DNA of 64,000 nucleotides. It comes from Gnetum montanum. Lineage: Eukaryota; Plantae; Gnetophyta. Of this stretch, positions 1-12,999 are shown piece after piece. Location: assembly GCA_015680685.1 (NCBI GenBank), contig MNCI01001177.1:391266-455265 (forward strand), in the 5' to 3' direction. Made by a program: the position numbers and the translations under genes. How positions within the stretch are numbered: the first letter of the stretch is position 1; each line of letters starts with the position of its first letter. Below the pieces are notes generated by a model. The model was not told the DNA's origin. It made no database searches and saw nothing but the letters and a program-made list of their open reading frames with translations.

Positions 1-25
1 GATGTTTTCAATCGTTATAGTTTTC

Positions 26-49
26 TAGCACTAGAAGGAGGTTCAAACC
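26..49 (+). promoter_or_regulatory. Primer-binding site of element A, complementary to tRNA-Asn 3' end
   Basis: tagcactagaaggaggttcaaacc is a G>A-decayed TGGCGCTAGAAGGAGG..., just downstream of the LTR end. The tRNA identity is recalled from the plant tRNA-Asn 3' sequence (...CCTCCTTCTAGCG-CCA). Confidence 0.7.
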
Positions 50-334
50 CTTTCCTTCTTTAGACTTCATTGGTGGTTGTCTTGCATGTTCTCTACATCA
101 CTGTTGCTAGCTTAAAGTTAGCATAGACCCAACACCCCTATGGACCTATTGCATATGCAGCAGTAGCTAGATCTTAGGCTAGCACAAGCATTTTCTACTA
201 ACTGGTTAATGTAGATTGGGCCCCATCATCGATTCCCCTAGAACCTAGCGTAGCAACCCCAAAGCATACATTCCCATAGTTGGCCAAATTCTGGGATCTT
301 AGTAGAGAGCATAGTTAGCTCTTAGCATAGAAAG

Positions 335-451
335 TGTAGTCTCCAAAGTTAGCCATTTTTCCACAATCTCTAGACTTAGCCATTTTTCTGCCACTTCCAA
401 AGTTAGCCATTTTCTTATAATCTCCATAGTTAGCCTTTTTTTTTTTTTTTT
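335..451 (+). repeat. ~30-33 bp tandem repeat plus T-run in the 5' UTR of A
   Basis: About four copies of a (cc)aaagttagccatttt core, ending in a poly-T run. Confidence 0.8.
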
Positions 452-499
452 GCAACTAGCAAAGTTACCTATTTTATTCACAACTTTTAACCCTCACAC

Positions 500-2740
500 A
501 TGAGTTCTGAGTAACCTTCAACATCCATTCCAAGAACACTAGCCATCTTGACCATCCAACAAGAAAATAGGATTGATCACCCTACTAGTCCTGCCATGCC
601 AGAGCCAAGGTAATCCATTAGGTTGTGTGGCTAAGACCCCAATTATACAATGCTGAATGATGAACAATATAGCTTCATCTACACAAAGATCCAAGTAGGA
701 CTATTTGTAGACCATTTGGACATAGAAGCTAAGCAAGACTATGAGCTCATTCACTGAAAAGGACAGGAGTATATCCCCTCCCCCATCGACTTCATGTTGC
801 TAACAAAACCCTGCTGTTGGATGCTTGCCTAGCTCATCCGAACAAGTGAGCATGAAGTAGGGAAAAATTACAAGGAATCCCTGCAAGAAGAGCAAGATGA
901 GTTTGAAGTTCACTCCAAGCATGAGGACTCCTTTCACACTATCTTTCAGTAGATAACCCTTGGTTTGGCCCTCTCACAGTCCCTCCCACCTATATTTCTT
1001 GAGACATTCATAGCCTCAATGTCACCTTCTAGGTCAACACCAGTTGTAGTAACACATCAAATGTAGCATACATGTCAAGATGCACTGCCTCTTGTTAACT
1101 TGCCCTTTGTAGCATTATCGCAACCTATCCAGTCATTGCTACCAGCAACAATCATGCTTGCTCAACATTACGTTAACATTGCGCATGTCTCCCAACCCCA
1201 AGTGACTCAAGCACCTTACATTTTACCTATTTCATTAGCACACTTGGTAGTAGTTCAACCCATGCACACATGGCTTGCCCGAGTAGATTAAGCAGGGCCA
1301 TCTAAAGCCCATGCAAAAATTTATCCAATGTTGGAGCAGTTCACTGAATGAAGTTCATGAGCCAATAGTAGAGACACACCTCCTAGCCATCTTCAAGGGT
1401 GTAGTCAATGACTTCATCAAGTCAAAACTGTACTACTTGGCCCGACAGTCTCTAAGCCAAGTTTTTGCCCAAACTAAAAGCATACAAGATGTAGTTGAAG
1501 CTAGTAAGGACCTGGCCTACGTGGCCTATAAAAACTTACATGCCAAAAAGAGACAAGGATAAGGGAAAGCAAACTACAACCATGGCAATTGTGGCCAAAG
1601 AGGCCAAAACAATAAACTTGAGGCCAATAGCGAGGCCACCCAAGATCCCAACCAACAACAAAACTACTAGTCCCAACACCACAACAACTAACTAGCCTAT
1701 ATCACTGGTGGCCACAAAGCAACCCACTCCAAGGTCCAACCTTAAGTGCAAAGATCGCTTAAAGTACACTCCACTACTACTAAAATCATCTAATTTTTTG
1801 GACCAACTATTGAAGTTTGGATGTATCTAGTATAACCAAATGTCCAAAGATGCTTGCAAAAGACATGATAGATATTACAAGATCTTAAGGAACCTTGCAT
1901 CGGCAACCCCAAATGAGCCATCGATCCCAAAACACTTTAGGCTGGATCAGTTCTGTCACTACCACTAGTTGCTTAGCCATAACACTAATTTTTTCATAGC
2001 CCTATGAGATTACCTCCAAAGAATGATTAATATAGCCAAGTTGGTACTTGATGCTACTAACCCAGTCTGGCCTCAAAACCAGTCTATGGGGGTGTATAAG
2101 GATCCTCTAAATACATGTGACACATGCTACATCATCAGTGTTAATGACAACTTAGAATTGGTGTAGCAGACATTCATGGTCTATGTGCCCTCTAGTAGTG
2201 CAAGGGTCCCCTCAACCTCCATGGGTTTGAGGCCCCCTTTCATTGTCAAAGTGCCACCTTGGGCACCCACAACATCCTTAGCGGTTAGTGTACCACAACA
2301 TGTAGCAATAACAACCACCCAGCCATCCTTTGTGGTCAGGGCATCACAACACATTAACTCCTCACCTACCCAAAGCCTAACGGTGGCCAATGCCTCAATC
2401 CCTTTCCATGTGAGAGCCAATTCTATTGGCAACATTAACAAACCCTCTAGGTGGTAACCCAGGAGGCCTAATGAGCATCTCACTGATAAGATGATTAGGT
2501 AACATCAAGAGTAAAGAGAACTCAGTCCACCAAAGTTGGTACCCCTATCTATAGTCCCCATGGCCAAAACCACTTAGGAGGCCACCACCAACAATGCACA
2601 ACCAAGAACTAGGACCCTTGCACAAGCCAAGCCCACCAAGCCCAAATAGCCTCCTTGCAAAATTCATCTCCTAGGACGTATAAAAGATGTCAAGGCTAAT
2701 AAAAGCACAATTGATGGCTAAGACTTCACAAATGCATTAG
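500..2740 (+). pseudogene. gag: Decayed gag of element A
   Basis: Stop-riddled frame. At ~1950-2030 it reads CHYH*LLSHNTNFFIAL*DYLQRMIN, matching the CxYHxxxGHxTxxCxxL Tat/Ogre gag knuckle. Boundaries are approximate. Confidence 0.65.
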
Positions 2741-2749
2741 CCTAGGTTA

Positions 2750-3420
2750 AGCAAGTGCTAAAGTATAAGAATACAATGTTAAGCCTATATGACTTGATAA
2801 TGACCTCATCCGTCCACTGCAAAATGTTAGTATGAATGTTGACCTCCATTCCTATCATGGAGGACATCCCAACAAATGAGAATACCATCCATGTTGTGAT
2901 ATTCCCTCTTGCACTGCAGGAATCGAGCTTTACACCCCTCACATTTCATGATGAGGCATTTAAGGTCGACCTTGAGAAGGATGTGGTCATAACAATCCTC
3001 ATGTTTATCACCATATGTGTAGGGCAATGCAAGATTAGGAGGGTGCACATTGATAATGGGGTAGCAACAAATGTTATCCTATACACCATCATTAACAAAC
3101 TAGGCCTTGTGGACCAAATTAAGCTGACAAAAATTGCATGCCTAAAACCCTTTAATGGATCACGTGTCACTATCAGGGGCATGGTAACCATAGCCTTCGT
3201 GGTAGAGTAGTAATTCCCCATCACCACTAAGTTCATAGTCATAGAGGAGATGCCAAGATTTAACCTAATACTAGGCAAGCCTTGGCTGGCCCAGCTACAG
3301 GATGTCTCCTCCCCGATCCATCAGGAAATCCACCTTCCATACGAAGATGATGAAGTTGTCATCCATGGTGATAACGCTATCCCTTTGGCCATTAACAACA
3401 TAGACATGGAGTAAGGGTTC
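2750..3420 (+). pseudogene. Retroviral-type aspartic protease of A
   Basis: ORF 2836..3210 contains RRVHIDNGVATNVI. It continues through stops into FIVIEEMPRFNLILGKPWL..L..VSSPIHQEIHLP. Confidence 0.9.
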
Positions 3421-3894
3421 GAGGTTGAATTTCTTGATGATGCATTCGTAGCAAAGGATGAGAACAAAATGTGTGAGGCAGACCCACCTGAAGAGGTGGT
3501 AAAAATTGCTAACCTCCTAGAGGAAACCCTATAGGTAGAATTTCCCTTCAATGAAGCAAGTGAGGGTTAAGGATACTACTGAATAGTACCCTCTAGACCC
3601 TACATGCCCCCTAATCCACACTAGATTAGGAAGCAACTACGTAACTAAGGTATCCCCTTAACCTAAAAAAGAACTAGGAACCTGCCCGTTATCCTCTTAC
3701 ACCCTACATCCAACTCCCCATTTATGTTGCATTAGCACTATAGCATATTATTTACATTTAGTTTAATAACTTAGTTGCCATCTGCATTACCTAAGCATCC
3801 AATAGCTTAGTTTAAATTTTTGTTGTTATTGCTTTAGTGCATTTACCTTTATGCATAAAAACTAAAATTACAAAAATAAGAGATAGCAACATAC

Positions 3895-4110
3895 TAGGGC
3901 TTGGAATGGCCTTAAACTATAACTTTTAACCCTATTCCTATGGCCCACCATGGCCTTAAACTAGCATCACGTAGCCTGAAATGACCTTAAATTAGCATCA
4001 CAGCTTGAAATGGCCTTAAACTATCATTGTAACCTGAAATGGCTCTAAACTAGCATCAGCCCTTCCGTTATGGCCTTAAACTAGCATGGGGCTCACAATG
4101 GCCTAATTAC
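3895..4110 (+). repeat. ~30 bp tandem array (aatggccttaaactagcatc core) after protease
   Basis: 6-7 visible copies. The same TAAACTRGCA core recurs at ~9950-10030 and 13000-13650. Confidence 0.85.
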
Positions 4111-6307
4111 ACTATCGTCACATGATACTAAGTTAGCATATTAATTCATCACATTACAAGCATAGCAAGCACATAGCAAAAAATTATAAAACAAATTTAC
4201 ACAATACACATTAGACATAGCAAATACATTCATTCATTAGATGTCATATGAATACCAAGACATAGCTTGAGCAGCATCATGTGGCAAAATATAACACAAA
4301 CTAGCAAAAAATGCCCAATGGTAGGGGTACATCAGGACATGCACAACCAGTGGCATTAGGTGGGGTTAGAGCTTCTTCATCCTCCACCACGTTGCTGGGG
4401 CCTGTAGTGTCTCTGGTACCTACCACAATAACCATAGCAAATAGGCCTCGTTAGTAAGCAAACCTACATGATACAAGCTAACTCAGAACAAAACACACAA
4501 AAAAGCATAAGAAACAAAAACTAACCTAAGAGGATCCCACATCGGTGACTTCTAGAGGAAACTTTCCTAAACTAGTTTCCAAGCATCAAAGAATCTTAGT
4601 CTCGAAAAGCTATGTGCAATCCTCTTGGCCAAAGTCAATCCTCGCAAGGATCTTACCTTTGTCCACAAAAGTCCATGTTGGCAGCTCTATCGAGAAGGTA
4701 GCAGAAGAAGCCTCTCCCAAAGGGGTGATAATCTCCCTCTTAGAAGACCCACTCACAACCATGTGCCACGTGAATAGCTCATACACCTACCTCCCACCAA
4801 TCACCTTAACAAACATCTCGAGGTAGTGACGTTCAGTAGAATCCTCCTAGAATCATTGAAGGTACGCATTGCACTCACACTTATATTGGTGCTTGTGTTT
4901 CTTTTGAGTTTTCCCCCACTTATACACCTTTATGCTATAATTTTTCAAATCTTGATTCTTCTGGACAAGCAAGTCAATTTTCAACTGCTGCTCTATTACC
5001 TCTCATGTGGTCTCATTTTTGCCTTTGATAGTTGTTCAGTATCAGGCATACTCTATCTTAGAGGTATGCCAGGTGTTGTCCCCTGAGATCTAGTTGTGAA
5101 GAAATCATATCTATACTGAAGATCTTGAATCTTTGTATCCTAGCTAGACATTCTCTCTTGTAACTCATGCATGTGTTTCCACATGTGCTCATTCAAGTGC
5201 TTACAGACCCACAACACTTTTTCACAAGAAAGCACACATTTGTTCGATGTATTGTACATGCAACAAGACACCTGAACAACCTCGAGAAGGAGGTTAGAGA
5301 GGGCATCCACCTTGGAAACCTTGCTCAGATTCCATTGAAGCTTAGAACCTGTAAACATGTAATAATTAATTAATCTTGTCAAAAACTAGGCATTCAAGCA
5401 GTGGTAAAGTAGCACAAAGAAAAATAACATCATGCACATACTAAGCTCGAGATCTACCTACTATAAGCGGTCCATCATGTTCTCAACAATGCCTTCCATG
5501 AAGGTGAATTTATTGGGCATGTCTCCTCACTGCTCCATGTAGTAGGTAAATGTAAGACCACTGATGAGGACGTCTAATGATGTAACACAATGATGTAATT
5601 ACCATATAACCAAACAACTAAAGATGCTAGAGAAAACAAGCACTAATAGATGGAAATTCAAATTAGTTACCTAGTAAGCCCTGAGGCATGAGTGTGAGGG
5701 ATACACCTAATTGTACACCATCAAACAAGCTATCAATATCACCCCCATCAAGGTGGAGTAACCCCTCTTCCTACAATTTTCAAAGGATCTCTGCTACCTT
5801 AGGTAACTCATCCCCATGAGCCTCCCCTCCTCAGCTTAAGAAGGTGCTTCTTCTACTACTACCTTGGCTACTACTCTAGTAGCCCTCTCTTCTGTCTCTA
5901 CAATTCACACATATACATACATAGTGCATTAACACATATACATGTCACTAGCTAGCTAAACGCATAACATAAAAGAAAATATAAAAAACATGAATGTACA
6001 CAAAAATATAGTTAATGCATCTAAGGAATTTACAAATACTAACCTGCAACCTCTGCGCACAAGCCTTGAAGCCTAATACGAATCATTTTGCTGCTTGGCC
6101 TCCTGGCCTCAAGGGCAACCTTCTCCATAGGATGTGGCCTCTTAATTTTGCCTTAGATATTTCCATCATCTTTGCAATATAGCAATCCAACCTAGTCACA
6201 TCCCCAATGCCAATTGGAGGACCCTTTCCTACACTGTCACACAAGTAATGTGACTGCCCAATAGGACCCTTAGTCATTACAAATAACAACTAATCAATCT
6301 CCTCTAA

Positions 6308-6311
6308 GGGG

Positions 6312-6348
<37 letters not shown>
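6308..6348. repeat. G homopolymer (36 consecutive G at 6313-6348)
   Basis: Directly visible; interrupts an exon of the antisense gene. Confidence 0.95.
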
Positions 6349-6349
<1 letters not shown>

Positions 6350-7554
6350 CCTGCACTCAAGTAGTAAGGAACATGTGCTTAATCCATGGCTTGGAGAGCT
6401 GCTCACGATCCTACACAGCCCATCACTTGCCATTGCACAAAATCAAGAGCTCTACGAACCTTCTCAGATATCCTATGAAGAACATGAAGTGGATATGGAA
6501 CCTCACCTAGAGGTTAAACCACAACCTAGATATCTTCATGTGTAAGCCAATAGCTATGTAGGCATCCCAGTTGAACCTTGTCCTCTCTAGCAGCATCTTT
6601 TTCATCACCCATGCCTACTCCACCCCAAGGATCTTTCCTTAGGAGAGAAAATTCAGAAAGGCACGAGTGCAGAATAGAGGGTAGAGCTCTCGCACCTCAG
6701 GCACAAGCACATCCTTAATTGATATGTCCTTGTGATCTTTCCTTTGCAATCCACCTCCCTGTTAGTCTTATCGACACTCGTCGGGCCATCAGTGGGGAGT
6801 CCAAAGAGGTCAACAAAGAATGCTTCACTAAGGTTAAGCACTACCATCACACCGTGCACTCAAGTGACAAACTGCCTAACATCACTGCTAAAGGAGTCAA
6901 TTATGGTAACCATTTTGGCCACCAGAATACTGGGGCTAAGAGCAAAAAATAGGTCCATCACCCCTGCATAAATGAGTCAAGCAATGAGTGCATCAAATGC
7001 TTTATGGCATAATCAGTGTTGTGCAACCTCCACATCACCATACTTCATGATGAAGGTGGCATCTGTGTATCTCATGGTTATCACTGTCACCTCACCTGAA
7101 GTAACCACCACTACAACAAAGGCAAAACAATGTTAGCATCATGTAAAAGTAAACTTACAAGCCTACATGAGCAACTACTTAAGCCAAAACATAGACACAT
7201 ACGTGACACAAATGGGGTGCAAGATAGAGGTGTTGTTGCAAGTATCTCCTTAGTGTTAAGCTCACCAGTGGTCCACTCCTCATCCAACCAACCATGAGTC
7301 TTGCACCGCTCATATGCCTTTGGGTATTAAGTGGGGTAGGCCTCCAGATTGGGCCCCACATACTCGATCATAATTTCTTGAACATTTAGGCTAGATGAGA
7401 ATACCTCTAGGGTAGTGCAAGTCAAGGCTAGAGCATTTGCCTCATCATCTAGGCCCTCCTCATCAACTCTGGACCTGGCATTAGTCATGAGCCGTTAGCA
7501 ATCCAACATGAGTAAGTAGCAAAGACACACTACGAAAATCATAAACACACTTAC

Positions 7555-8004
7555 CCTCCAACGTAGTAAATAGTTTTAGGTGAAATTTGGAATAGTGTGT
7601 GCACTCGTAGCACAAAAAGGATGTTCCTCTTATTGTAGCAATCAAACCTTGTCATGTGTCATATCTTGGATAGACACCAAGTGCTCCTAAGACCTCTACC
7701 TAAACCACCCACACCATCACCACTAATAGTAGGCTTGTCTAAGATGAACCTCAAGATGTTCCAGTTAGCCCCGTCCAACAATGTCTTAGTGATGGTGCTA
7801 ATAGTCTCCATTTCCAAGTGTGACAACATGATCATACCAAATTGTTGCAGCAAGTACTCCAGGAACTCATGAGCCCCTGGTTGAAACCACACCACCTGAT
7901 GACCCACTCGCATATCTACTGCAAACGTGTTTGGAATAGGTTTGCTGATGTAGCATAGGATGCCTATGAGCTCAATGATGATTAATATAGGCTTCAACAG
8001 CACC
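7555..8004 (-). pseudogene. FCP1/SCP/NIF (HAD, CTD-phosphatase-like) domain exon, copy A
   Basis: KPILIIIELIGILC ... VWFQPGAHEFLEYLLQQFGMIMLS ... LSKI*(W) ... YNKRNILFV lines up with the NIF motifs LVLDLxGTL / RPGxxEFL..F...IWS / LxxIW..Y...NTxxxDD. Confidence 0.7.
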
Positions 8005-10153
8005 CTGCAACCACCAAAAAATAAGCAAGCATTAGTATACACATGTAGATGCAAATTTTGGTATTAAATCATTAGAGTAAGTTAGTAAAATTAACATCAT
8101 ACTACATGCATTAACAAAAATTTTTAATTTTAGCAATACACCCTAGGGCCTTATAGGTATAGGACATCAACTAACTCATTTGACACACCTAGTATAAACT
8201 AGGGTACATCATCTTTTCACAGATTTAGCATCATTACAGTTTGCAAGTTTAGCATCATTACATTTTGTAGGTTTAGCATCATTACATTTCACAAGTTTGG
8301 CATTATGCACAAATTATAGAATTTTCACAAATTTTTTTCTAATTCTGGACTACCTTAGTGAAGAGTGTAGTTGAGAAAGTTGCAAATTTTTTTTAACTCT
8401 AAGCTACCTTAGTAGAGAGCATAGTCCAAAAAGAGAGCAAATTTTTTCTAACTCTGGGGCCACCTCAACTATGCTTCCAACATGTAGAGAGCGTAGTGCC
8501 TAAAAACCAAACATTTTTTCAAACACTTGTAGCGTAGGCATTTTCACAAACACTTACCAAACTATGCTTCCAGTGCATAGAGAGCATAGTCCCATAGCTG
8601 TGGAGAGCATAGTCTTCCACGATATCATGCTCAGCAATCCCCTTCACCAACTACTGTGGCACGTTGTGTCCCCACTACACCTTTGCAAAATGAAATAGAA
8701 AAAATTTCAAACAAAAAAACCAAGAAACGTGCCTTAAAGCTAAGTGCCCTCACAGCCCTTGTGGTTGTGCTATAGGGTGAAATTGCTTTCGCGGCCCTTG
8801 CGACGCATTGTAGGATGCAATAACTTGCATAGCCCTCATAGCGTGCAACACACCTAGCCCCTACCCTACACCCAAGATAGCAAAAATTCATTTTTTTCAA
8901 AATAAAAGAAAAAAACAACCATGACCCCTACAACCATGGCATCTATGGCCCCCCACCACACTTGTTGTGCTACGCATGCGTGCCCAACCCCTTCCTGCAT
9001 GGCCTTGAAGGGGCCAATCTAAAACCCCTACACCGTGTGCAAATCAAAAGAGAGAATTTTTCTTTCTTTAGGAAAAAAAGGGGGAAATGCACATGCTCTG
9101 ACGCCAGCCATTGCTCCTATGGCCACATCATGAGGTATGGCTTATGACTAGCCCCAACCCTGATAATACATAAAAAATTCTAGAACAAGAAAAAATGCAA
9201 GGTAGACCCCTTGCTATGTTCTTTGCCCCATGGCAGGCCACCCTTGGCCATCACCAAAGTCCAAATCCCACACGTCCCCTAGCCCATGCACCCTAAAAAA
9301 CCCTCATGACCCACAAAAAAACAAAACCCTCCCTGTAATCATAGACGTCTTCCTTGTCATCATCACAGTCGAAATGACACACGATAATGGCGACCACTAC
9401 CTTGGTAGGGCGCATCACTAGTCTATGCTCCTAAAACCTTGCCAACGAAAAAATGAAATAACAAAAATGAACAAAGGAGATAGCATAGTTAGGGTACCTC
9501 GCTAACATCAATAGCCTCCTCTCCTCCACATGCACCTGTAATAGGTGGCCCAATGCTCATTTCCCCTCATCCATGTTCACCAATTTTGGGTGCATGCATC
9601 CATTCTAGTGCATCATTGTTCCAACTACACTTTCAATTAGTAGTGCACAACAAGTAATGGCAAGGCTAGGTTCTAGATGTCATGGTTGAAAGTAGCAAAA
9701 TGACAACTTACCCATGATAAAACACACTCATATACCCTCCAAGGATCATTTAATGATCCACCAACCCTGGACTATGCTCCATATTGAACACTCAGTGGAA
9801 AGTGTAGTTGGGTGAGAGCATAGTCACCCATACTTAGCTAAAAATTTCAATTTTTGCCATCTTGTGAATGCCCAAGCCAATTCCACATCCCAAGCATAGT
9901 TAATCTTTCTTAAAATGATGTAACTGACATGTCCACAGTTCGCTAAGATGTAAAACTGGCACACATACATTCTGCTAAGTCCTAAAACTAGCACACACAC
10001 GATCTACGAAGGCCTAAAACAAACACCAACATGCTTGCCTCCATAGTAACTTGCATGCGCACATAGGCAATTTTCACTACATTTTTTTTTCATTTGTGCA
10101 CATTCGCTTTGTGAAATAGGTGTTGCTTGACATTTTTCTAGTTCATTTTGTAG

Positions 10154-12965
10154 GAACATGACATGACTATGCAGGAGCAAATCCTCTCACCTCTGGTCCT
10201 TATCAAACCTCATGGAAATATCAAGTGATGCATTGACCCCCATTTTCTAGACATTGAGCCCACAACCTATGCCAAATACATAGCATATATAGATGCACCA
10301 CTAGATTAGTCCTACCATCTAGTTAAAGCTCTTGATCTAGAGGCAAGAGACGTCACAAAGGATTTCCTCATTGAGATCCCTATGGCTACACCTAATGGCA
10401 ATGTAAAAACACTAAAACTAAGCTTCTTACTAGGTCCCTTGCATGCCTGAGATGTCACTAAGATGCTTAATGATAACATCAAGGCATTTTCATGGTCATA
10501 TGAGGGCATGCTAGGCCTAGATCCTCAGTTAGGCCAACACAATATCATCCTTGATCTCTGCATTAAACCAGTTAAGCAAAAAGCGTGCAAGGTTAGACCT
10601 GAGGTGGCACTGGCCATCCATGATGAAATCACCAAGATTTACAAAGTTGATTTCATCTGGGCTATTGACTATGCAAACTAGATCTCCAACATCATAGTTG
10701 TGCCTATGAAAAATGGAAGTATATGCATTTGCATAAACTTCCAAGACCTAAACAAGGTGACCATCAAAGATGACTTTCCATTACCTAGTATCAATCAACT
10801 AATCAATACCATAGCTAGACATGCCTTGTTATCCTTTATGGATGGATTCTTGGGCTACAACCATATTAGGATCAACCTTGAGCACTAACTCAGCATAGCC
10901 TTCATGATCCCCTGGGGTATATTTTGCTATACCATGATGCCATTTGGACTCAAGAATGCAGGAGCAATGTATCAATGCATGATGACATATATATTTAGCG
11001 ATTACATGCTAAGCTTGCTCAACGACTACATCAATGACATTGCAATTAAGTCCAAAGTGGCTAACAACCATGCAAATGATCTAGACCTAGTGCTTAAACA
11101 TTGCTTAAAACATGATCTTAGGTTGAACCCCAAGAAGTGTGTTTTCAACATCAAAATAAGTTGAATGCTCAATTTTGTAATATCTGAAGCAGGAATACGT
11201 GTAGACCCCAACAAGGTTAACACCGTAACCAACTTAGCATCCCCAGCCAATCTTAAGAAGCCACAAGGGTTGCAATGTAGACCATAGTTCATACACAAGT
11301 TTATCACTTGGTTAATTAACAAGTTACAACCAATGCAACATCTACTAAAGAAAGAAGCCCACTTCGAGTGAACATCTCAATGTCAATAAGTATTTGACAA
11401 CCTTAAGTAAGAGTTGGCATAACTTCCTACAGTTCACCCCTCCCAAGGGGATAAACATTTTTACATCCACCTTGCCACTTCTAACATGTCCATTGCTTCT
11501 CTGCTTTGTCAAAAATGAGATGATGATGCAAAGGTCCCAATTTAGTACTTGAGCCATGCATTAGTGGCCCATGAAGCAAAATACAATGATGTGGAAAAGC
11601 ATCGCCTTGCCTTGGTCTTCTCACTGAAGAAGTGAAGGCATTACCTTTTCTGTAGTCAAGTCAACATCATTTTCAAAAATAATGTACTCTGAGCAATCAC
11701 AATGAACATCTATGAAAGAAGTCAACTTGCGTGATGGAAAGAGATAACAGCGGAGTTTGACCTACACTATGTTTCGCAAGCCTTAACAAAAGGTCAAGCT
11801 ATAACCACACAACTTATGGCTTTGCTAGTTGATGATCAAGCAAAAATAGACCCTGAATTCTCAGACTAGCACATTAACAGCATTAGCCAACTGCCCAACA
11901 ACTATGAGGCACTCCTACATTTCAACAGAGCTTCAACCTCCCAAGGGGATAATGCCATTGATGTTCTCACATTTCACATTGAGGAGATCCAACTCTTTGC
12001 ATATCGTTTGGTATTCCCTTACACTAACATGGTGGGGAGATCAAAATGTGTGACATTTGTTAATGGCATGATAACCTAATGCACGTGCCACCAACTAAAC
12101 TACACACAATGTAGATCACATGGTTGTTCCAACATTGGGGATTTAACATCATTGGACCCATAAGACCTAAGTCCTCTGTAAGGCATAGCTTCATATTAAC
12201 TACAACTGAGTATTTTACCAAGTGGGTTGAGGCTATTTCCCTTAAGAAGACAACATTGTAGCAAGTTTGCAAATTCATGCTAGATAACATAGTGACTCGT
12301 TTTGGCTTACCCATGACCATAGTAACAAACAATGGGTTGTAACTTAGTAATGCCTTTTATGAACACTTTGATATCAAACATTCCTTCTCGTCATCATACT
12401 AGCTTCAAGAAAATGATCAAGTCGAGGCCACTAACAAAGTCATCATCAACCTTTTGAAGAAGATGCTAAGCAATAGCAAACTATAATGGCATGAAGAATT
12501 AGTCTACACACTCTGGGCCTACTGCACAACATGTCAAACAGTAATAGGTAAGATGCCCTACAGCCTTGTTTACAAATCTGAAGTAATATTTCCACTTGAA
12601 TTGTAGGTTCCATCACTCTAGGTGATCCTCTCGAACTTCATTAACAAAGCCCAGAACAACTAGTTGAGAACTGCAAACCTCGACTCAATAGAGGAGGAGC
12701 ACATGCAAATGCTTGATTGCATTCAATGGTACAAAGAAAAGAAATAGCAAAAGCACCATCACAACTAGCATCTATGCTTGATCAAGAAGGGGGACCTACT
12801 CCTCAAGGCTATTCATGAACCTCCAGAAAAATTCTCAACCAACTGGGAAGGGCCTTTCTTGGTCACTAAGACCTATGACAATAGAGCATTTGAGCTTGAT
12901 GATCAAGATGAAAATAAGTTTTCCAATCTAGTGAACCATTCATACTAAAGCCATACTACACCTAG
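10154..12965 (+). pseudogene. pol: Decayed RT-RNaseH-aRH-integrase of A
   Basis: AFSWSYEGMLGLDP; ICINFQDLNKVTIKDDFPLP; LSFMDGFLGYNHI; YTMMPFGLKNAGAMYQ; DYIND (YxDD); RH with EKHRLALVF; aRH remnant LHFNRAS (FDGAS); integrase WGFNIIGP..EYFTKWVEA..RFGLP; C-terminal NWEGPF. An internal deletion near 12040 removes the aRH C-terminus and the HH half of the integrase zinc finger. Confidence 0.93.
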
Positions 12966-12999
12966 CATGCAGCACTGTACATTAATTCAACAAGGTAAG

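Larger units (their letters stand above)
4301..9531 (-). pseudogene. Multi-exon antisense accessory gene of A: FCP1/NIF-like domain + PMD/Transposase_32-like domain + coiled coil
   Basis: Minus-strand GT..AG introns at 4464-4525, ~5346-5440, ~5575-5670, ~5898-6043, ~7112-7157, ~7490-7554 and from 8005 upward (ctaat branch + ttgcag acceptor). Exons read as homologues of the element-B copy. The 5' exons (~9329-9430, ~9498-9531) are tentative. Confidence 0.75.

Noticed and set aside
1080-1093. miR408-like atgcactgcctctt
   Set aside because: 14-nt match inside gag with no hairpin; chance.
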